A stretch of DNA of 64,000 bases from Thermoplasmata archaeon (GTDB lineage Archaea > Thermoplasmatota > E2 > UBA202 > JdFR-43), in NCBI GenBank assembly GCA_021162065.1, contig JAGGZK010000049.1, positions 11,952 to 75,951 of the forward strand, read 5' to 3'. The position numbers and the translations under genes were made by a program. The notes under the pieces were generated by a model, which was not told the origin of the DNA, did no database searches, and saw only the letters and a list, made by a program, of their open reading frames with translations. Positions 38,150 to 50,317 of this stretch are shown piece after piece. Position 1 is the first letter of the stretch; each line of letters opens with the position of its first letter.

Positions 38150-38640
38150 AGCTCCACTATCTCCGCCTCCATTTTATTTAAATTTATTATGCCCACGGTT
38201 TTTTTCCCGGTTAGATAACCGCAGCATTCTCCGGGGTTGACAATGAGACAATCTTCCTTTCTTATATCCACCTCGTGGGTGTGGCCATATATCACCACAT
38301 CATATTTTAAAGATAAAGCATCCACTATCTCCGGCTTGTGGGTCATGGCGATGCTCTTGCCATTTATCACATCAATATAGGGGTCCCTGCGAAATTCACC
38401 TATCCCATGGAACTTTTCCCTCAGATATAATCTATCGCCATCATTATTCCCATAGATGAGGATCATCTTTCCTTTTAATCCTGAAAAAACATCGGCAGTG
38501 AAGGGGGATACGATATCTCCCGCATGAAGTATGAGAGAAGCATGATGCTCATTAAAAACATCCACTGCCTTTCTTATGGCATCCATATTGTCATGCGAGT
38601 CGGATATTACGCCAATTATATTGTCATTCGCCTCCTTACT
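38146..38640 (-). CDS. Metallophosphoesterase, YfcE/MJ0936 family
   Basis: 'IIGVISDSHDN', 'LHAGDIVSP', 'GNNDGD' and 'GHTHE' are the calcineurin-like motif series. Start chosen at 'MSKEAND' (the ORF track extends 12 codons further). Confidence 0.7.
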   Translation of the reverse strand, partial: SKEANDNIIGVISDSHDNMDAIRKAVDVFNEHHASLILHAGDIVSPFTADVFSGLKGKMILIYGNNDGDRLYLREKFHGIGEFRRDPYIDVINGKSIAMTHKPEIVDALSLKYDVVIYGHTHEVDIRKEDCLIVNPGECCGYLTGKKTVGIINLNKMEAEIVEL

Positions 38641-38717
38641 CATAAAAATTTCCTGCTGTATCATAATGATAAGCATTCTTTTTTATAAATTTTTTATACT
38701 CGAACGTCTATAACATT

Positions 38718-39425
38718 GTGTTTGGAAGATATGGCCTCAGCATGAACCTCCAGACAGAGGAGTTTGAAATAGAGGTGACAGGCAGGGGAAAGAGAAGATT
38801 ATACAGAAGAAGGGCAGGCGATGAGGAAGTGGAGAAGATAATATATGCGGATGATGGCAACATCGTCGTCTGCCCCGTGGAGCCGGTGAACATGCCCAAA
38901 ATAGGGGCGGCGGAGCATTTAATGGTAGAGTTGAAGAAGTCCGTTATCTTTGAACCAGATACAAAAAACACCTTTTATGTTAAATTTCCGATAGAGGTGG
39001 GCGTTTTTACCGTGGACAAGAAAGATGTGGAGAGAATAGATATATTCACAACTGTAAAGGCGAAATATGCCCTATATGGCCCGCCGGAGAGCGGAATAAT
39101 ATGCAGATGGTGGAGAAGCGATGTATATGCCGAGGAGCCGGAGGTGAACCCTCTCAAGGAGGGAGTGCTCAGAGTGGATGTGGAGAACAAGTACCACGAA
39201 TGGGTTGAACTCCAGAAGGTGGTTTTTAGAGCCTTTGATATGAAAATTTTCTACAACGAACATGCCTACATGCATGGCATGCTCACCCTTCTGAAGAAAA
39301 CCACAGGAGAAACGTCGTTTAATACAAGAAAGCCAAAGAATATGCATGGGGCCATAGACATATATGCCGCCAAGGGAATCAAAAAGTTTGATAAGAAGTA
39401 CTTCATGGAGTGGGGATTTAAATGA
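38718..39425 (+). CDS. Hypothetical protein
   Basis: 235 aa, no recognisable motifs. Alternative start at 'MNLQTEEF' (38742). Confidence 0.4.
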   Translation: MFGRYGLSMNLQTEEFEIEVTGRGKRRLYRRRAGDEEVEKIIYADDGNIVVCPVEPVNMPKIGAAEHLMVELKKSVIFEPDTKNTFYVKFPIEVGVFTVDKKDVERIDIFTTVKAKYALYGPPESGIICRWWRSDVYAEEPEVNPLKEGVLRVDVENKYHEWVELQKVVFRAFDMKIFYNEHAYMHGMLTLLKKTTGETSFNTRKPKNMHGAIDIYAAKGIKKFDKKYFMEWGFK

Positions 39426-40270
39426 ACATAGTAGCCACCATTCAGGAAACCCTGGACTATGAGATTGCGGGGATAAAGGTAATTGAGATGATAGAGTTCG
39501 CCGTCATATTCATAATTGCGGTGATAATCGCAAGGATAGCCAGAATGGCCGTGAGACGTCGTTTTAAGGAAAAACTCAGCCCCACAACGCTGAATAACAT
39601 GGAAAAGGTTGTGTATTACGGCATCATCCTCATAGGATTTTTCATAGCCCTGCCCAAGGGTGTTTCCCTGGGCGGCCTGCTGGTGGCGGGGGGCATTGCG
39701 GGCATAGTCATCGGTTTTGCCAGTCAGACGGTGGTCGCCAATCTGATAAGCGGACTGTTTCTCATGGTGGAGAGGCCCGTGGAGATAGGGGATAGCATAG
39801 CCGTGGGGGATGTAAGCGGGGTGGTGAAGGATATAAAGGTGCTCTCCACGACCATAAGGACATGGGACGGCATATATGTGCGCATTCCCAATGAAAAGGT
39901 TTTCAACTCCAATATTTACAACTATGTTGCCCATGGGGCCAGAAGGTTTGAGTACACCATAGGAATCCGTTATTCGGATGATGCCAGCAAGGCAATAGAC
40001 ATAATAAAGGGGATACTGGCGGAGCATCCCCTCGTGCTGAAATACCCTGAGCCGGATGTCTTTGTGAGCGAACTGGGAGAGAGCAGCGTCATCATAGCGG
40101 TGAAGATATGGGCTCCATCAAGCCACTGGTACTCGGTGAAGAAGGAACTTTTATGGAAGATAAAGACCATACTGGAAGAAAATGGAATAGAGATACCCTT
40201 CCCCCAGCGCGTCATATGGATGGCAGGGGGAGAAAAGAAGGAGGGGAGGGGGAAGGGAAAGCAACGTTAA
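39422..40270 (+). CDS. mscS: Small-conductance mechanosensitive channel (MscS family)
   Basis: Three N-terminal TM helices then 'LISGLFLMVERPVEIGDSIAVGDVSGVVKDIKVLSTTIRTWDGIYVRIPNEKVFNSNIYN', the MscS beta-domain signature. Confidence 0.8.
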   Translation: MNIVATIQETLDYEIAGIKVIEMIEFAVIFIIAVIIARIARMAVRRRFKEKLSPTTLNNMEKVVYYGIILIGFFIALPKGVSLGGLLVAGGIAGIVIGFASQTVVANLISGLFLMVERPVEIGDSIAVGDVSGVVKDIKVLSTTIRTWDGIYVRIPNEKVFNSNIYNYVAHGARRFEYTIGIRYSDDASKAIDIIKGILAEHPLVLKYPEPDVFVSELGESSVIIAVKIWAPSSHWYSVKKELLWKIKTILEENGIEIPFPQRVIWMAGGEKKEGRGKGKQR

Positions 40271-40588
40271 ACCGCATGTGCCCGCTTCAGGGCGCTTTAT
40301 TTACATGCGGTTCATCACCTTAATGATAGAACATGTGTGGAGTATATAAGCGGAGGAGGGGGTCTTAACTGCTTATAAACTTTTCGGTTAATTCTACAAA
40401 TTTCGCAAGTAATTCTACTTCTATCCCAACGTTATTCAATTCTAAGTGAAGATTCAATCAACCATTCCAATCAGCAAATAAATATGAAATAAGTTGATGA
40501 ACTCGGAAAAATTTTAAGAAAAGGGAAAATACAGTCCATAAAACATATCAAACAATGGGAATCCTTCCAAATTTTATGCGGTCAATCT

Positions 40589-40607
40589 GTTACTTGGGAA
40601 ATCTGTA
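40589..40607. repeat. 19-bp direct repeat copy 1 (GTTACTTGGGAAATCTGTA)
   Basis: Exact copy also at 41383..41401; the two bracket the gene 40608..41183. Confidence 0.7.
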
Positions 40608-41183
40608 CTAATATTTTACGATGTAATCATTCCCATATAGGGCACCGTTAGGGGCATAGTCCTTGACCAGTTCGCCGAGGGCACTGCTATAAAATCTCAA
40701 AGCTGTCCATGCAAATGTATTTGTGAGCGCATCCCCCGGTTCAGGATTTCCAATAACGCTCTTTGATATTTTCCAGGTAATGGTATCTGTTTCCAAGTCG
40801 AAGGAACATTCACATGGTTCAAGCCCTCCGTAATATTTTCCGGCAAATTGCTGTTCGAAATTTCCTGAAAATTGAGTATGGAAAACTGCCACATACTGGA
40901 TACCATTATACGTCCAGTGAACAGAATATATTGCCCTCAATAATGAACTGTATTCTAAGTTTTTAATTTTTATCGCTGTAAACAAATAATCTGGTTCATT
41001 TGGATCTTCATAAAACCATGCTGAAACAATATCTATATGAGCGAATGATAAAGGTAAAATAGCCAATGGTCCAAACACATCATTTTTTTCATCAACTATT
41101 TCTGGGTCACTAGAAATACATTTACCATTTATTGGAATTAACAACAACCCAATTAATATCAAGCATAAAGCTTTTTTCTTCAT
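40608..41183 (-). CDS. Secreted hypothetical protein (low-GC gene flanked by 19-bp direct repeats)
   Basis: Signal peptide 'MKKKALCLILIGLLLIPINGKC'. No recognisable family. Confidence 0.45.
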   Translation of the reverse strand: MKKKALCLILIGLLLIPINGKCISSDPEIVDEKNDVFGPLAILPLSFAHIDIVSAWFYEDPNEPDYLFTAIKIKNLEYSSLLRAIYSVHWTYNGIQYVAVFHTQFSGNFEQQFAGKYYGGLEPCECSFDLETDTITWKISKSVIGNPEPGDALTNTFAWTALRFYSSALGELVKDYAPNGALYGNDYIVKY

Positions 41184-41382
41184 GTTACTAATAGTTAAAA
41201 TCTTTATAAAAATTTCTTATAGCGCCTGGATAACCGATCTTGAATGAATAGTTTGATTTGCCCCAATATATATTCTACAGATTAAAAAGGTTGGATTTGC
41301 TCATCAAAACTATATGCTACCATTAGCCCTACTTCTCAATCTGAGATTGAATAGTTTATCGTGTGAAGTGTAATAACTATCG

Positions 41383-41401
41383 GTTACTTGGGAAATCTGT
41401 A
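41383..41401. repeat. 19-bp direct repeat copy 2 (GTTACTTGGGAAATCTGTA)
   Basis: Exact match to 40589..40607. Confidence 0.7.
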
Positions 41402-41638
41402 TGGTTATGCTGCAGTACCAGAGAAAGGTTTTAATTTCCCAGGGATATTACAAACGTGGAGAAAAAGATATGTCCCATATGCCATGGAAAGGGATACATA
41501 ATAAATCCCCTGCATACACATTCTGAAAAATTGAAGCCATCCGACAGAACTCCCTATGTGGAAAAGATATGCCCATTTTGCAGGGGGAAGGGAGAGGTGG
41601 CGGTATAAACTTTTAAAATCTCTCCCCCATATAATCTC

Positions 41639-42040
41639 ATGAAGAATTTCTATGATTTGAGGGTAAAGGACGTTATGAACTCATTTGTATGGGATATGCC
41701 CCTCATTGAAAGCGATGCCGACATAAGAACGGTGCTTCTCATAATAATCTCCAGATGTTATGTATGGGTTGTTAAAAGCACAGAAAGCATGGAAATGGTG
41801 GGCGTGATTACAGAGCACGATTTTCTCAAAATGTTCCAGAAGTTTGATCCCGATGCTACCGCAGAGGATTTTGCCACCAAGGATATAATATACTGCACCA
41901 TGGAAGAAAGCGTCGGGGATGTGATGGAAAAAATCAGGAAATATAATGTGAGGCGTCTCCCTGTGCTGGAGAATGGAAAACTGGTGGGGGAGGTGACACT
42001 TCGCAACCTTATAGGAAAATTCTACTCGCTCGTATCCTGA
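41639..42040 (+). CDS. CBS-domain protein
   Basis: 133 aa with two CBS-like halves ('VKDVM...' and 'VGDVMEKIRKYNVRRLPVLENGKLVGEVTLRNLI'). Confidence 0.7.
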   Translation: MKNFYDLRVKDVMNSFVWDMPLIESDADIRTVLLIIISRCYVWVVKSTESMEMVGVITEHDFLKMFQKFDPDATAEDFATKDIIYCTMEESVGDVMEKIRKYNVRRLPVLENGKLVGEVTLRNLIGKFYSLVS

Positions 42041-42444
42041 GATTTTTTTCTCATCTCCGACATAACCTCGCATGCGGCGGCGTAAACTTCATCCACCCCA
42101 TAATCCTCCCTGTGCTTCTTTATGAATTCGTCCATTAACTTTCTCACCGTGGGTCTCTCCATCTTTTTTGCCATCCTTCTAAGGCTTTCCATTATGATTT
42201 CCCTGTTTCTCACGCTGGAGATGTGCTCGTTTATCTCCTTTACAACGGCTATGATTTCAAGTATGGAGAGAAAAAGAACGAAAGAGGCGTTTATGAATAT
42301 GTAGAACTCCTTTTTCTGCCAGGCGAAGATAAATATCTCAAGATCTATGATGAGAACTATAAAGGGAATTATGAGAACTATCTTCTCCAGTTTGCTCGCC
42401 TTGAAAATCTCGCCCATGAAGCTTCTGATGAATCTGTGTCTCAT
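42022..42444 (-). CDS. Hypothetical small membrane protein
   Basis: Two hydrophobic helices in the N-terminal half, charged C-terminal half. Convergent overlap with the CBS gene. Confidence 0.35.
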   Translation of the reverse strand: MRHRFIRSFMGEIFKASKLEKIVLIIPFIVLIIDLEIFIFAWQKKEFYIFINASFVLFLSILEIIAVVKEINEHISSVRNREIIMESLRRMAKKMERPTVRKLMDEFIKKHREDYGVDEVYAAACEVMSEMRKKSQDTSE

Positions 42445-42466
42445 CTAAAATGAATGCTCAAGAAGG

Positions 42467-43048
42467 TTAAAACTCTTTTTCCTCTCCGCTCGCCAGTGCC
42501 AGAAAATGCTCCATGCCTTCCCTTGAGCCGCGGGCAAAAAGTATGTCGCCGCCCTTCAACTCAACATTCTTGCCCGGATCATAAATCCATCGCTCCCCCC
42601 TCTTAATGGCGATTATCCACATCCCTGTCTGGGAGGCGAGTTTTACATCCCCTATTTTCTTATTTGCAAGAACTGAGTTGGGCGAAAGCTCCACCCTCAG
42701 CACCACTTCTTCTGACTCCATCACGCTCTCCTTTATTATGGGGTGGAGTTCCACATCTCTTAGTTCAACATCTGCTATATCCCTGGCGGCATCTGCTATG
42801 GCTTCAGAGCTTGCCCCCAGCTGGATTATGGCCAGCGCCTCATTGACTTCAAGCTCTCCCTTTTTCACATCCTCTATGGCCAGTTTCTGCAACCTCTCAT
42901 TGAGAACGTCTATGAAATTCTCCAGCTGATACACCTCCTCTGCAATGTCCCTGTTGTCATATATGACGGAGGAATATGCCAGGTCAACCATGAGTTCCGC
43001 CTTCTCCTTTAACTCCAGCAGCAATTCCTCCGCTTCCTTTTCACTCAT
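42467..43048 (-). CDS. PhoU-like helical domain + TrkA-C (RCK_C) domain protein
   Basis: Helical N-terminal region then TrkA_C-like 'VVLRVELSPNSVLANKKIGDVKLASQTGMWIIAIKRGERWIYDPG..VELKGGDILFARG'. Start chosen at 'MSEKEAEE'. Confidence 0.55.
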   Translation of the reverse strand: MSEKEAEELLLELKEKAELMVDLAYSSVIYDNRDIAEEVYQLENFIDVLNERLQKLAIEDVKKGELEVNEALAIIQLGASSEAIADAARDIADVELRDVELHPIIKESVMESEEVVLRVELSPNSVLANKKIGDVKLASQTGMWIIAIKRGERWIYDPGKNVELKGGDILFARGSREGMEHFLALASGEEKEF

Positions 43049-43668
43049 TCCAGCACCTCTATCTCTCCTTTCAGAAGCTTTCTCAGATGCTTTATGCCCT
43101 CCTCCGGCCCCATGCATATGAGCAAATCTCCTTCCTTCAACCTCACCCTTCCCTTGGGCCCGTATATCCACCTGTCCCTTCTACGGATGGCGAGTATTCT
43201 CACCCCCGTTTCGGAGGATATCCTGAGTTCGCTTATATTTTTCCCTATTGCCTTGGAATTCTCCTCCACCCTTATCCTTCTTATCACCTCGTCCGACTCC
43301 TTTATGAGATGGGGAAGTATGGGATGGTCGAGTTTATAGGCCAGAAGTTTCACCATGTCGGCGGCGGCGTTGGAGATGGTATCCGCGGCCTGGGCAATCT
43401 GAAGTATGCCCGCCATTTTTTCTGCATCCTCAGCGTTCCTTGCAGCCATCATGGCCATTATTCTTATCTCGTAGTTGAGTTTGTCCATTCTGACCTCGAG
43501 ATATCTCACCTCTTCGGCAATCTCCCTGTTATTGAAAAGTATGGCGCTGTAGGCAAGGTCAACTATGAGTTCGCTTATGTTTTTCATCTCCTTCAAAAGT
43601 TCCCTTATGCTTGTTGGCTCGTACTCTATCTCCTCAAATTCCGCCTTTTTCCACCGGGGAAGTTTCAT
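43045..43668 (-). CDS. PhoU-like + TrkA-C domain protein (tandem paralog)
   Basis: Same architecture ('RRIRVEENSKAIGKNISELRISSETGVRILAIRRRDRWIYGPKG.VRLKEGDLLICMG'). ATGA overlap with the downstream paralog. Confidence 0.55.
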   Translation of the reverse strand: MKLPRWKKAEFEEIEYEPTSIRELLKEMKNISELIVDLAYSAILFNNREIAEEVRYLEVRMDKLNYEIRIMAMMAARNAEDAEKMAGILQIAQAADTISNAAADMVKLLAYKLDHPILPHLIKESDEVIRRIRVEENSKAIGKNISELRISSETGVRILAIRRRDRWIYGPKGRVRLKEGDLLICMGPEEGIKHLRKLLKGEIEVLE

Positions 43669-43858
43669 TTTGCAATACTATATGTTCTATACCTTAAATA
43701 GATTATGCCTCCTTCTCTTACAAAACAGCGAGATAAAAATTTGCTATCGACTTACAAAACATTTGGCAGGGATAAAAGGCAAGAATTAAAGAATCTCATT
43801 GGAGTTTCAAAAGCCACAAAAAATAAATATGGTGCTCTCTTAACTCTGTAGGGGTACA

Positions 43859-45193
43859 ATGAAAACAGATGTATTGATAATTGGAGGGGGGCCGGCAGGC
43901 ATAGTGGCTGCCATTACAGCAAGGCAGAACTACCCTGACAAAAGGATTCTTATAGTAAGAAAGGAAAAATATGTGGTTGTACCCTGCGGCATTCCATACA
44001 TATTTGGGACACTGAAAGATGTTGACAAGGATAAAATTTCAGATGGCATCCTTTTGGATAATGAAATTGAGATAATGGTTGATGAGATTGAAAGTGTTGA
44101 CCCCGATAATAAATTGGCAGTGAGCAAAAATCATGGAGAGATTTATTTTGAAAAACTCATTTTAGCCACAGGTTCAAAACCCGTAAAACCACCCATAAAG
44201 GGAATAGAGGGAAATAATATATTTTTTGTAAGGAAGGACCCGGATTACTTAAAAATGTTAATGAAGAAAGTTGAAGAAAGCAATGATGTAATAATCATAG
44301 GCGGTGGTTTCATAGGTGCAGAGTTCGCAGACGAGATAAGAAAATTGGGAAAAGGAGTCACCATAGTCGAAATGCTTCCCCATATTCTTTCCATCTCATT
44401 TGATGAGGAGTTCTGCGAATTGGCTGAACAGGAACTCAGCAGATTGGGGGTGAAGATTCACACAAATTCTAAGGTCGTTGAAATAAGAGAAGATGGAGTT
44501 GTTCTATCCTCTGGAGAGAAATTAAATGGAGATATGATTATTGTCAGTGCAGGAGCCAAGCCAAACATAGAACTGGCGGAAAAAATGGGACTGAAAGTAA
44601 ACAAAAATGGAATCGTGGTTGATGAATACATGCGAACATCTCATCCAGATATTTTTGCAATCGGAGATTGTGCAGAGAAGAGGGATTTTTTCACGAGGAA
44701 AATAAAACCCGTTATGCTTGCCTCTGTGGCCACAGCAGAGGCCAGGATTGCAGGTTCAAATCTATATAAAATTAAAGCCTTCAAGCAACTTAAGGGCACC
44801 ATCGGGATTTTTGTTACCAAAATTGGGGATATCTCAATGGGTGCTGCAGGGCTTATTGAAAGGCAGGCCATAGAAGAGGGCTTTGATTATGTTGTTGGGA
44901 GGAGTGAGGCGGTTGACAAACATCCTGGCTCTCTTCCTGATACAAGAAAAATAAAAGCAAAACTTCTTTTCACAAAACAGGGTGAATTCTTCTTGGGCGG
45001 TCAAATTGCAGGTGGAGATACTGTGGGAGAGCTGATCAATCTCGTGGGTTTTGCCATCGAAAGCGGATATACTGCATCGAGGTATCTGACTCTCCAGATA
45101 GGAACTCATCCTCTATTGACTCCGCCGCCAACGGCACCAGCAACGCTCAAAGCCGTAGAGGATGCTATACTAAAACTACACCATGGAAAATAA
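43859..45193 (+). CDS. NADH oxidase / CoA-disulfide reductase family flavoprotein
   Basis: FAD motif 'DVLIIGGGPAGIVAA', redox-active Cys 'VVVPCGIPY', second Rossmann 'VIIIGGGFIGAEFA', and 'FAIGDCA'. Confidence 0.75.
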   Translation: MKTDVLIIGGGPAGIVAAITARQNYPDKRILIVRKEKYVVVPCGIPYIFGTLKDVDKDKISDGILLDNEIEIMVDEIESVDPDNKLAVSKNHGEIYFEKLILATGSKPVKPPIKGIEGNNIFFVRKDPDYLKMLMKKVEESNDVIIIGGGFIGAEFADEIRKLGKGVTIVEMLPHILSISFDEEFCELAEQELSRLGVKIHTNSKVVEIREDGVVLSSGEKLNGDMIIVSAGAKPNIELAEKMGLKVNKNGIVVDEYMRTSHPDIFAIGDCAEKRDFFTRKIKPVMLASVATAEARIAGSNLYKIKAFKQLKGTIGIFVTKIGDISMGAAGLIERQAIEEGFDYVVGRSEAVDKHPGSLPDTRKIKAKLLFTKQGEFFLGGQIAGGDTVGELINLVGFAIESGYTASRYLTLQIGTHPLLTPPPTAPATLKAVEDAILKLHHGK

Positions 45194-45296
45194 ATTTGGT
45201 AATTTTAAATTTGCAAATTTTTACCTTTTTCTTATTTAAGAAGTTGGTTTTAAAGAAATTGTTAAATACTTTTCCGCAATTCACCAATGATGCCCT

Positions 45297-47559
<2,263 letters not shown>

Positions 47560-47724
47560 TTTTTGAGCGTCCCCTCACTTTTATTTAAAATCCAGAATTA
47601 TAATTTTAGGGCATTCAGTATTATAATTTTGGAAATTCTAATTGATTAAAATGCAAAAATTTACAATTCAACACCTCTCAAATACAAAAAATTTATTATT
47701 AGATATGGCATTAACACGTAAAGT

Positions 47725-48762
47725 GTGATAAATATGGGAGTGAAAATTGCTAAAAACAGAGTAAATGAATTCTTGAAATACCTTAAAGAGGAATACATTC
47801 TTTATGCTCCTGTTGAGGAAAACGGTGTTTCAAAAATTTCTAAGATAGAGGATACATCGGACATAATAAATCTTCCATATAGAACACAAATATCTTTAAA
47901 ACCCATATTTTTCCCCCCTGAACAAAAATTTTTCAGGTTTGAGAAAAAAAATGGAGGAGTTGAGATTGAAGACTATCTTCCGCAGGAAGGTGATGATAAG
48001 AGCATAATCTTCGGCGTGCGTGGTTGCGATGTTAATGCTATTGAGGTTCTGGATAAATATATGTTGGATGAATTTGAGGATCCCTACTACAGGAAAAGGC
48101 GGGAGAATGCTATAATTATAGGCATCTCCTGTGACTATCCAAAAGAATCCTGCTTCTGCACCGCCTTCGGAGGAATGGTGCCAGAGAGATATGATCTCTG
48201 GTTTACAGATATTGGCCCCCATTTCTATGTCGATATTGGCAGTAAGAGAGGGGAAAAATTGATTGATGACAAATTTTTTGAGGAGGCATCTGAAGAAGAT
48301 GAAATGAGAAAAATTCGAAGAATAAACTCCGTAGAAACCAAGATAAATCGGAAAGTGAAAACGAATCTACATGATATAAAAAAATATTATCATAAGATAA
48401 AAAACAGGGCTGATGATTCAATATGGGAAGAACTCGGAAGAAAATGTGTCTCCTGTGGAAAATGCAATTTCATATGTCCCACATGCCACTGCTTTGACGT
48501 GAAAGACATGACAAATATTGACGGCAGTGCTGGAGAAAGAATAAGAGTGTGGGACTCATGTCATCTTTATGATTATGCAAAGACCTCTGCAGAGAATTTC
48601 AGAGAGGAGAGAAAAGCAAGGGTGAGATACAGGATATATGATAAATTTGTTTTTCCGGTTATGAGATACGGTGTCTATGCATGCACTGGATGTGGAAGAT
48701 GTAGTGAGGTTTGTCCTGCCGGAATAGATATCCATGCAGTTGTAAGGAGGTTGATAAAATGA
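47725..48762 (+). CDS. hydB: Cytoplasmic NiFe sulfhydrogenase beta subunit (Fe-S)
   Basis: Cys clusters 'CVSCGKCNFICPTCHCFD' and 'CTGCGRCSEVCPAGI'. First gene of the hydBGDA-like run. Alternative start at 47734. Confidence 0.7.
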   Translation: MINMGVKIAKNRVNEFLKYLKEEYILYAPVEENGVSKISKIEDTSDIINLPYRTQISLKPIFFPPEQKFFRFEKKNGGVEIEDYLPQEGDDKSIIFGVRGCDVNAIEVLDKYMLDEFEDPYYRKRRENAIIIGISCDYPKESCFCTAFGGMVPERYDLWFTDIGPHFYVDIGSKRGEKLIDDKFFEEASEEDEMRKIRRINSVETKINRKVKTNLHDIKKYYHKIKNRADDSIWEELGRKCVSCGKCNFICPTCHCFDVKDMTNIDGSAGERIRVWDSCHLYDYAKTSAENFREERKARVRYRIYDKFVFPVMRYGVYACTGCGRCSEVCPAGIDIHAVVRRLIK

Positions 48763-49574
48763 ATAATCCATATCTTCCTGCTGTAGCCAGAATAACTGAT
48801 ATAATAGAGGAAACCCCAGATACAAAAACTTTTGTTATATCATCGCCCCTCAAATTCAAACCCGGACAGTTTGTGGAACTCAGCATTTTTGGATATGGAG
48901 AGGCACCAATATCAATTTCTGGTGGAAATGAAAAAAGTATAGATTTAACAATAAGAGCTGTGGGAAACATTACAAAAAAGATTCACAGGATGAACGTGGG
49001 AGATTATGTTGGAATAAGAGGGCCCTTTGGCAATGGATGGCCCGTAGAAAGGGCGGAGGGAAGGAATCTCCTCATAGCAGCAGGCGGCATAGGTCTGGCA
49101 CCATTAAAGCCCGTAATCGAGTATGTTTGCAACAACAGAAAAAAGTTCAGGAATGTGACATTGCTCTATGGCGCAAGAAAACCCTCTCTGATGCTTTTCA
49201 AATACAAATTAGAGGAATGGTCAAAACACATGGATGTTCTGTTAACAGTGGACGAGCCAGAAGAAGGTTGGAAAGGGAATGTGGGCGTTGTAACAACACT
49301 TTGTGACAGGATAAAACACGTTTCAGATACTGTAACACTGATGTGTGGCCCACCCATAATGATGAAGTACACATCCATTTCCCTTATGGAACTCGGCTTT
49401 CCAACAGGCGAGATGTATCTATCTCTGGAAAGGAATATGAAATGTGGCATAGGAATATGCGGGCATTGCGCCGTCGGCGGCCTGTATGTTTGCAGAGATG
49501 GCCCTGTATTCTCCCTGAATGACGCCCTTAAACTTATTGAAAAGCCGCACGAGGTGCAGGGGGTGATAGATTGA
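48759..49574 (+). CDS. hydG: NiFe sulfhydrogenase gamma subunit (FAD/NAD(P)-binding, 2Fe-2S)
   Basis: FNR-like 'GQFVELS', 'LLIAAGGIGLAPL', and C-terminal 'CGIGICGHCAVGGLYVCRDGPVF'. ATGA overlap with hydB. Confidence 0.75.
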   Translation: MNNPYLPAVARITDIIEETPDTKTFVISSPLKFKPGQFVELSIFGYGEAPISISGGNEKSIDLTIRAVGNITKKIHRMNVGDYVGIRGPFGNGWPVERAEGRNLLIAAGGIGLAPLKPVIEYVCNNRKKFRNVTLLYGARKPSLMLFKYKLEEWSKHMDVLLTVDEPEEGWKGNVGVVTTLCDRIKHVSDTVTLMCGPPIMMKYTSISLMELGFPTGEMYLSLERNMKCGIGICGHCAVGGLYVCRDGPVFSLNDALKLIEKPHEVQGVID

Positions 49575-50317
49575 ATATAGGCATATTTTCTCTTTCATGC
49601 TGCGAGGGTTGCTCTGTGCAATTTCTCAACTTGGAGGCAAAAATTCTTGAAATTCTTAAATACCTAAATATAAAAAATTTCAGGCTCGCCAAAGAGTACA
49701 ACGAGATGCCCGTAGATATAGCCTTTGTGGAAGGAACACCGACAACAAGAGAAGAGGTACTAAAATTACTTACGATACGAAAGGAGAGTAAAATACTGGT
49801 GGCTCTGGGAACATGTGCCGTCACTGGAGGAGTGCCTGGACTGGTAAACATGATGGCCAAAAAGGAAGCCATGGAGGTTTATGATGGTTTTCCTCCAGAT
49901 GTGCCCATAGATCCCAAACCGTTGGAATACTATGTAAATGTGGACTACAACATTTATGGATGCACCTTCTCAAAAGACGAGTTGATTGAACTCATAACCT
50001 CACTTATTATTGGTAAAGAATACCGGGATAAGGAATACAGCGTGTGTGTGGAATGCTCCCTGCGAGAGAATAACTGTCTCCTTGATGATGGCCATCTATG
50101 TTTGGGGCCCATAACAAGGGGCGGCTGCAAGGCACTCTGCCCAAATAATGGAAAAATGTGCCTTGGTTGCCGCGGCCCATATGAGGATGCCAATATCAAG
50201 GGACATATAAAGATTCTTCAGGATATGGGATTCACCAAAGATGAAATAATAGAGAGTCTTTCCCTTTTTTCATATGAAAAATTTAAGGAGGTTATATCAT
50301 GGCTAAAAGAAGAATAA
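49571..50317 (+). CDS. hydD: NiFe hydrogenase small (delta) subunit
   Basis: 'IGIFSLSCCEGCSVQF' proximal-cluster motif, 'GTCAVTGGVPG', 'CVECSLREN', 'CLGCRGP'. Apparent TTG start overlapping the hydG stop. Confidence 0.8.
   Translation: MNIGIFSLSCCEGCSVQFLNLEAKILEILKYLNIKNFRLAKEYNEMPVDIAFVEGTPTTREEVLKLLTIRKESKILVALGTCAVTGGVPGLVNMMAKKEAMEVYDGFPPDVPIDPKPLEYYVNVDYNIYGCTFSKDELIELITSLIIGKEYRDKEYSVCVECSLRENNCLLDDGHLCLGPITRGGCKALCPNNGKMCLGCRGPYEDANIKGHIKILQDMGFTKDEIIESLSLFSYEKFKEVISWLKEE

Noticed and set aside
40270-41640. C/D-box sRNA or other ncRNA in the long AT-rich intergenic stretches flanking the 19-bp repeats
   Set aside because: Isolated RUGAUGA-like and CUGA-like strings occur but without convincing box C/D/C'/D' spacing or terminal stem. 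Not supportable by eye.
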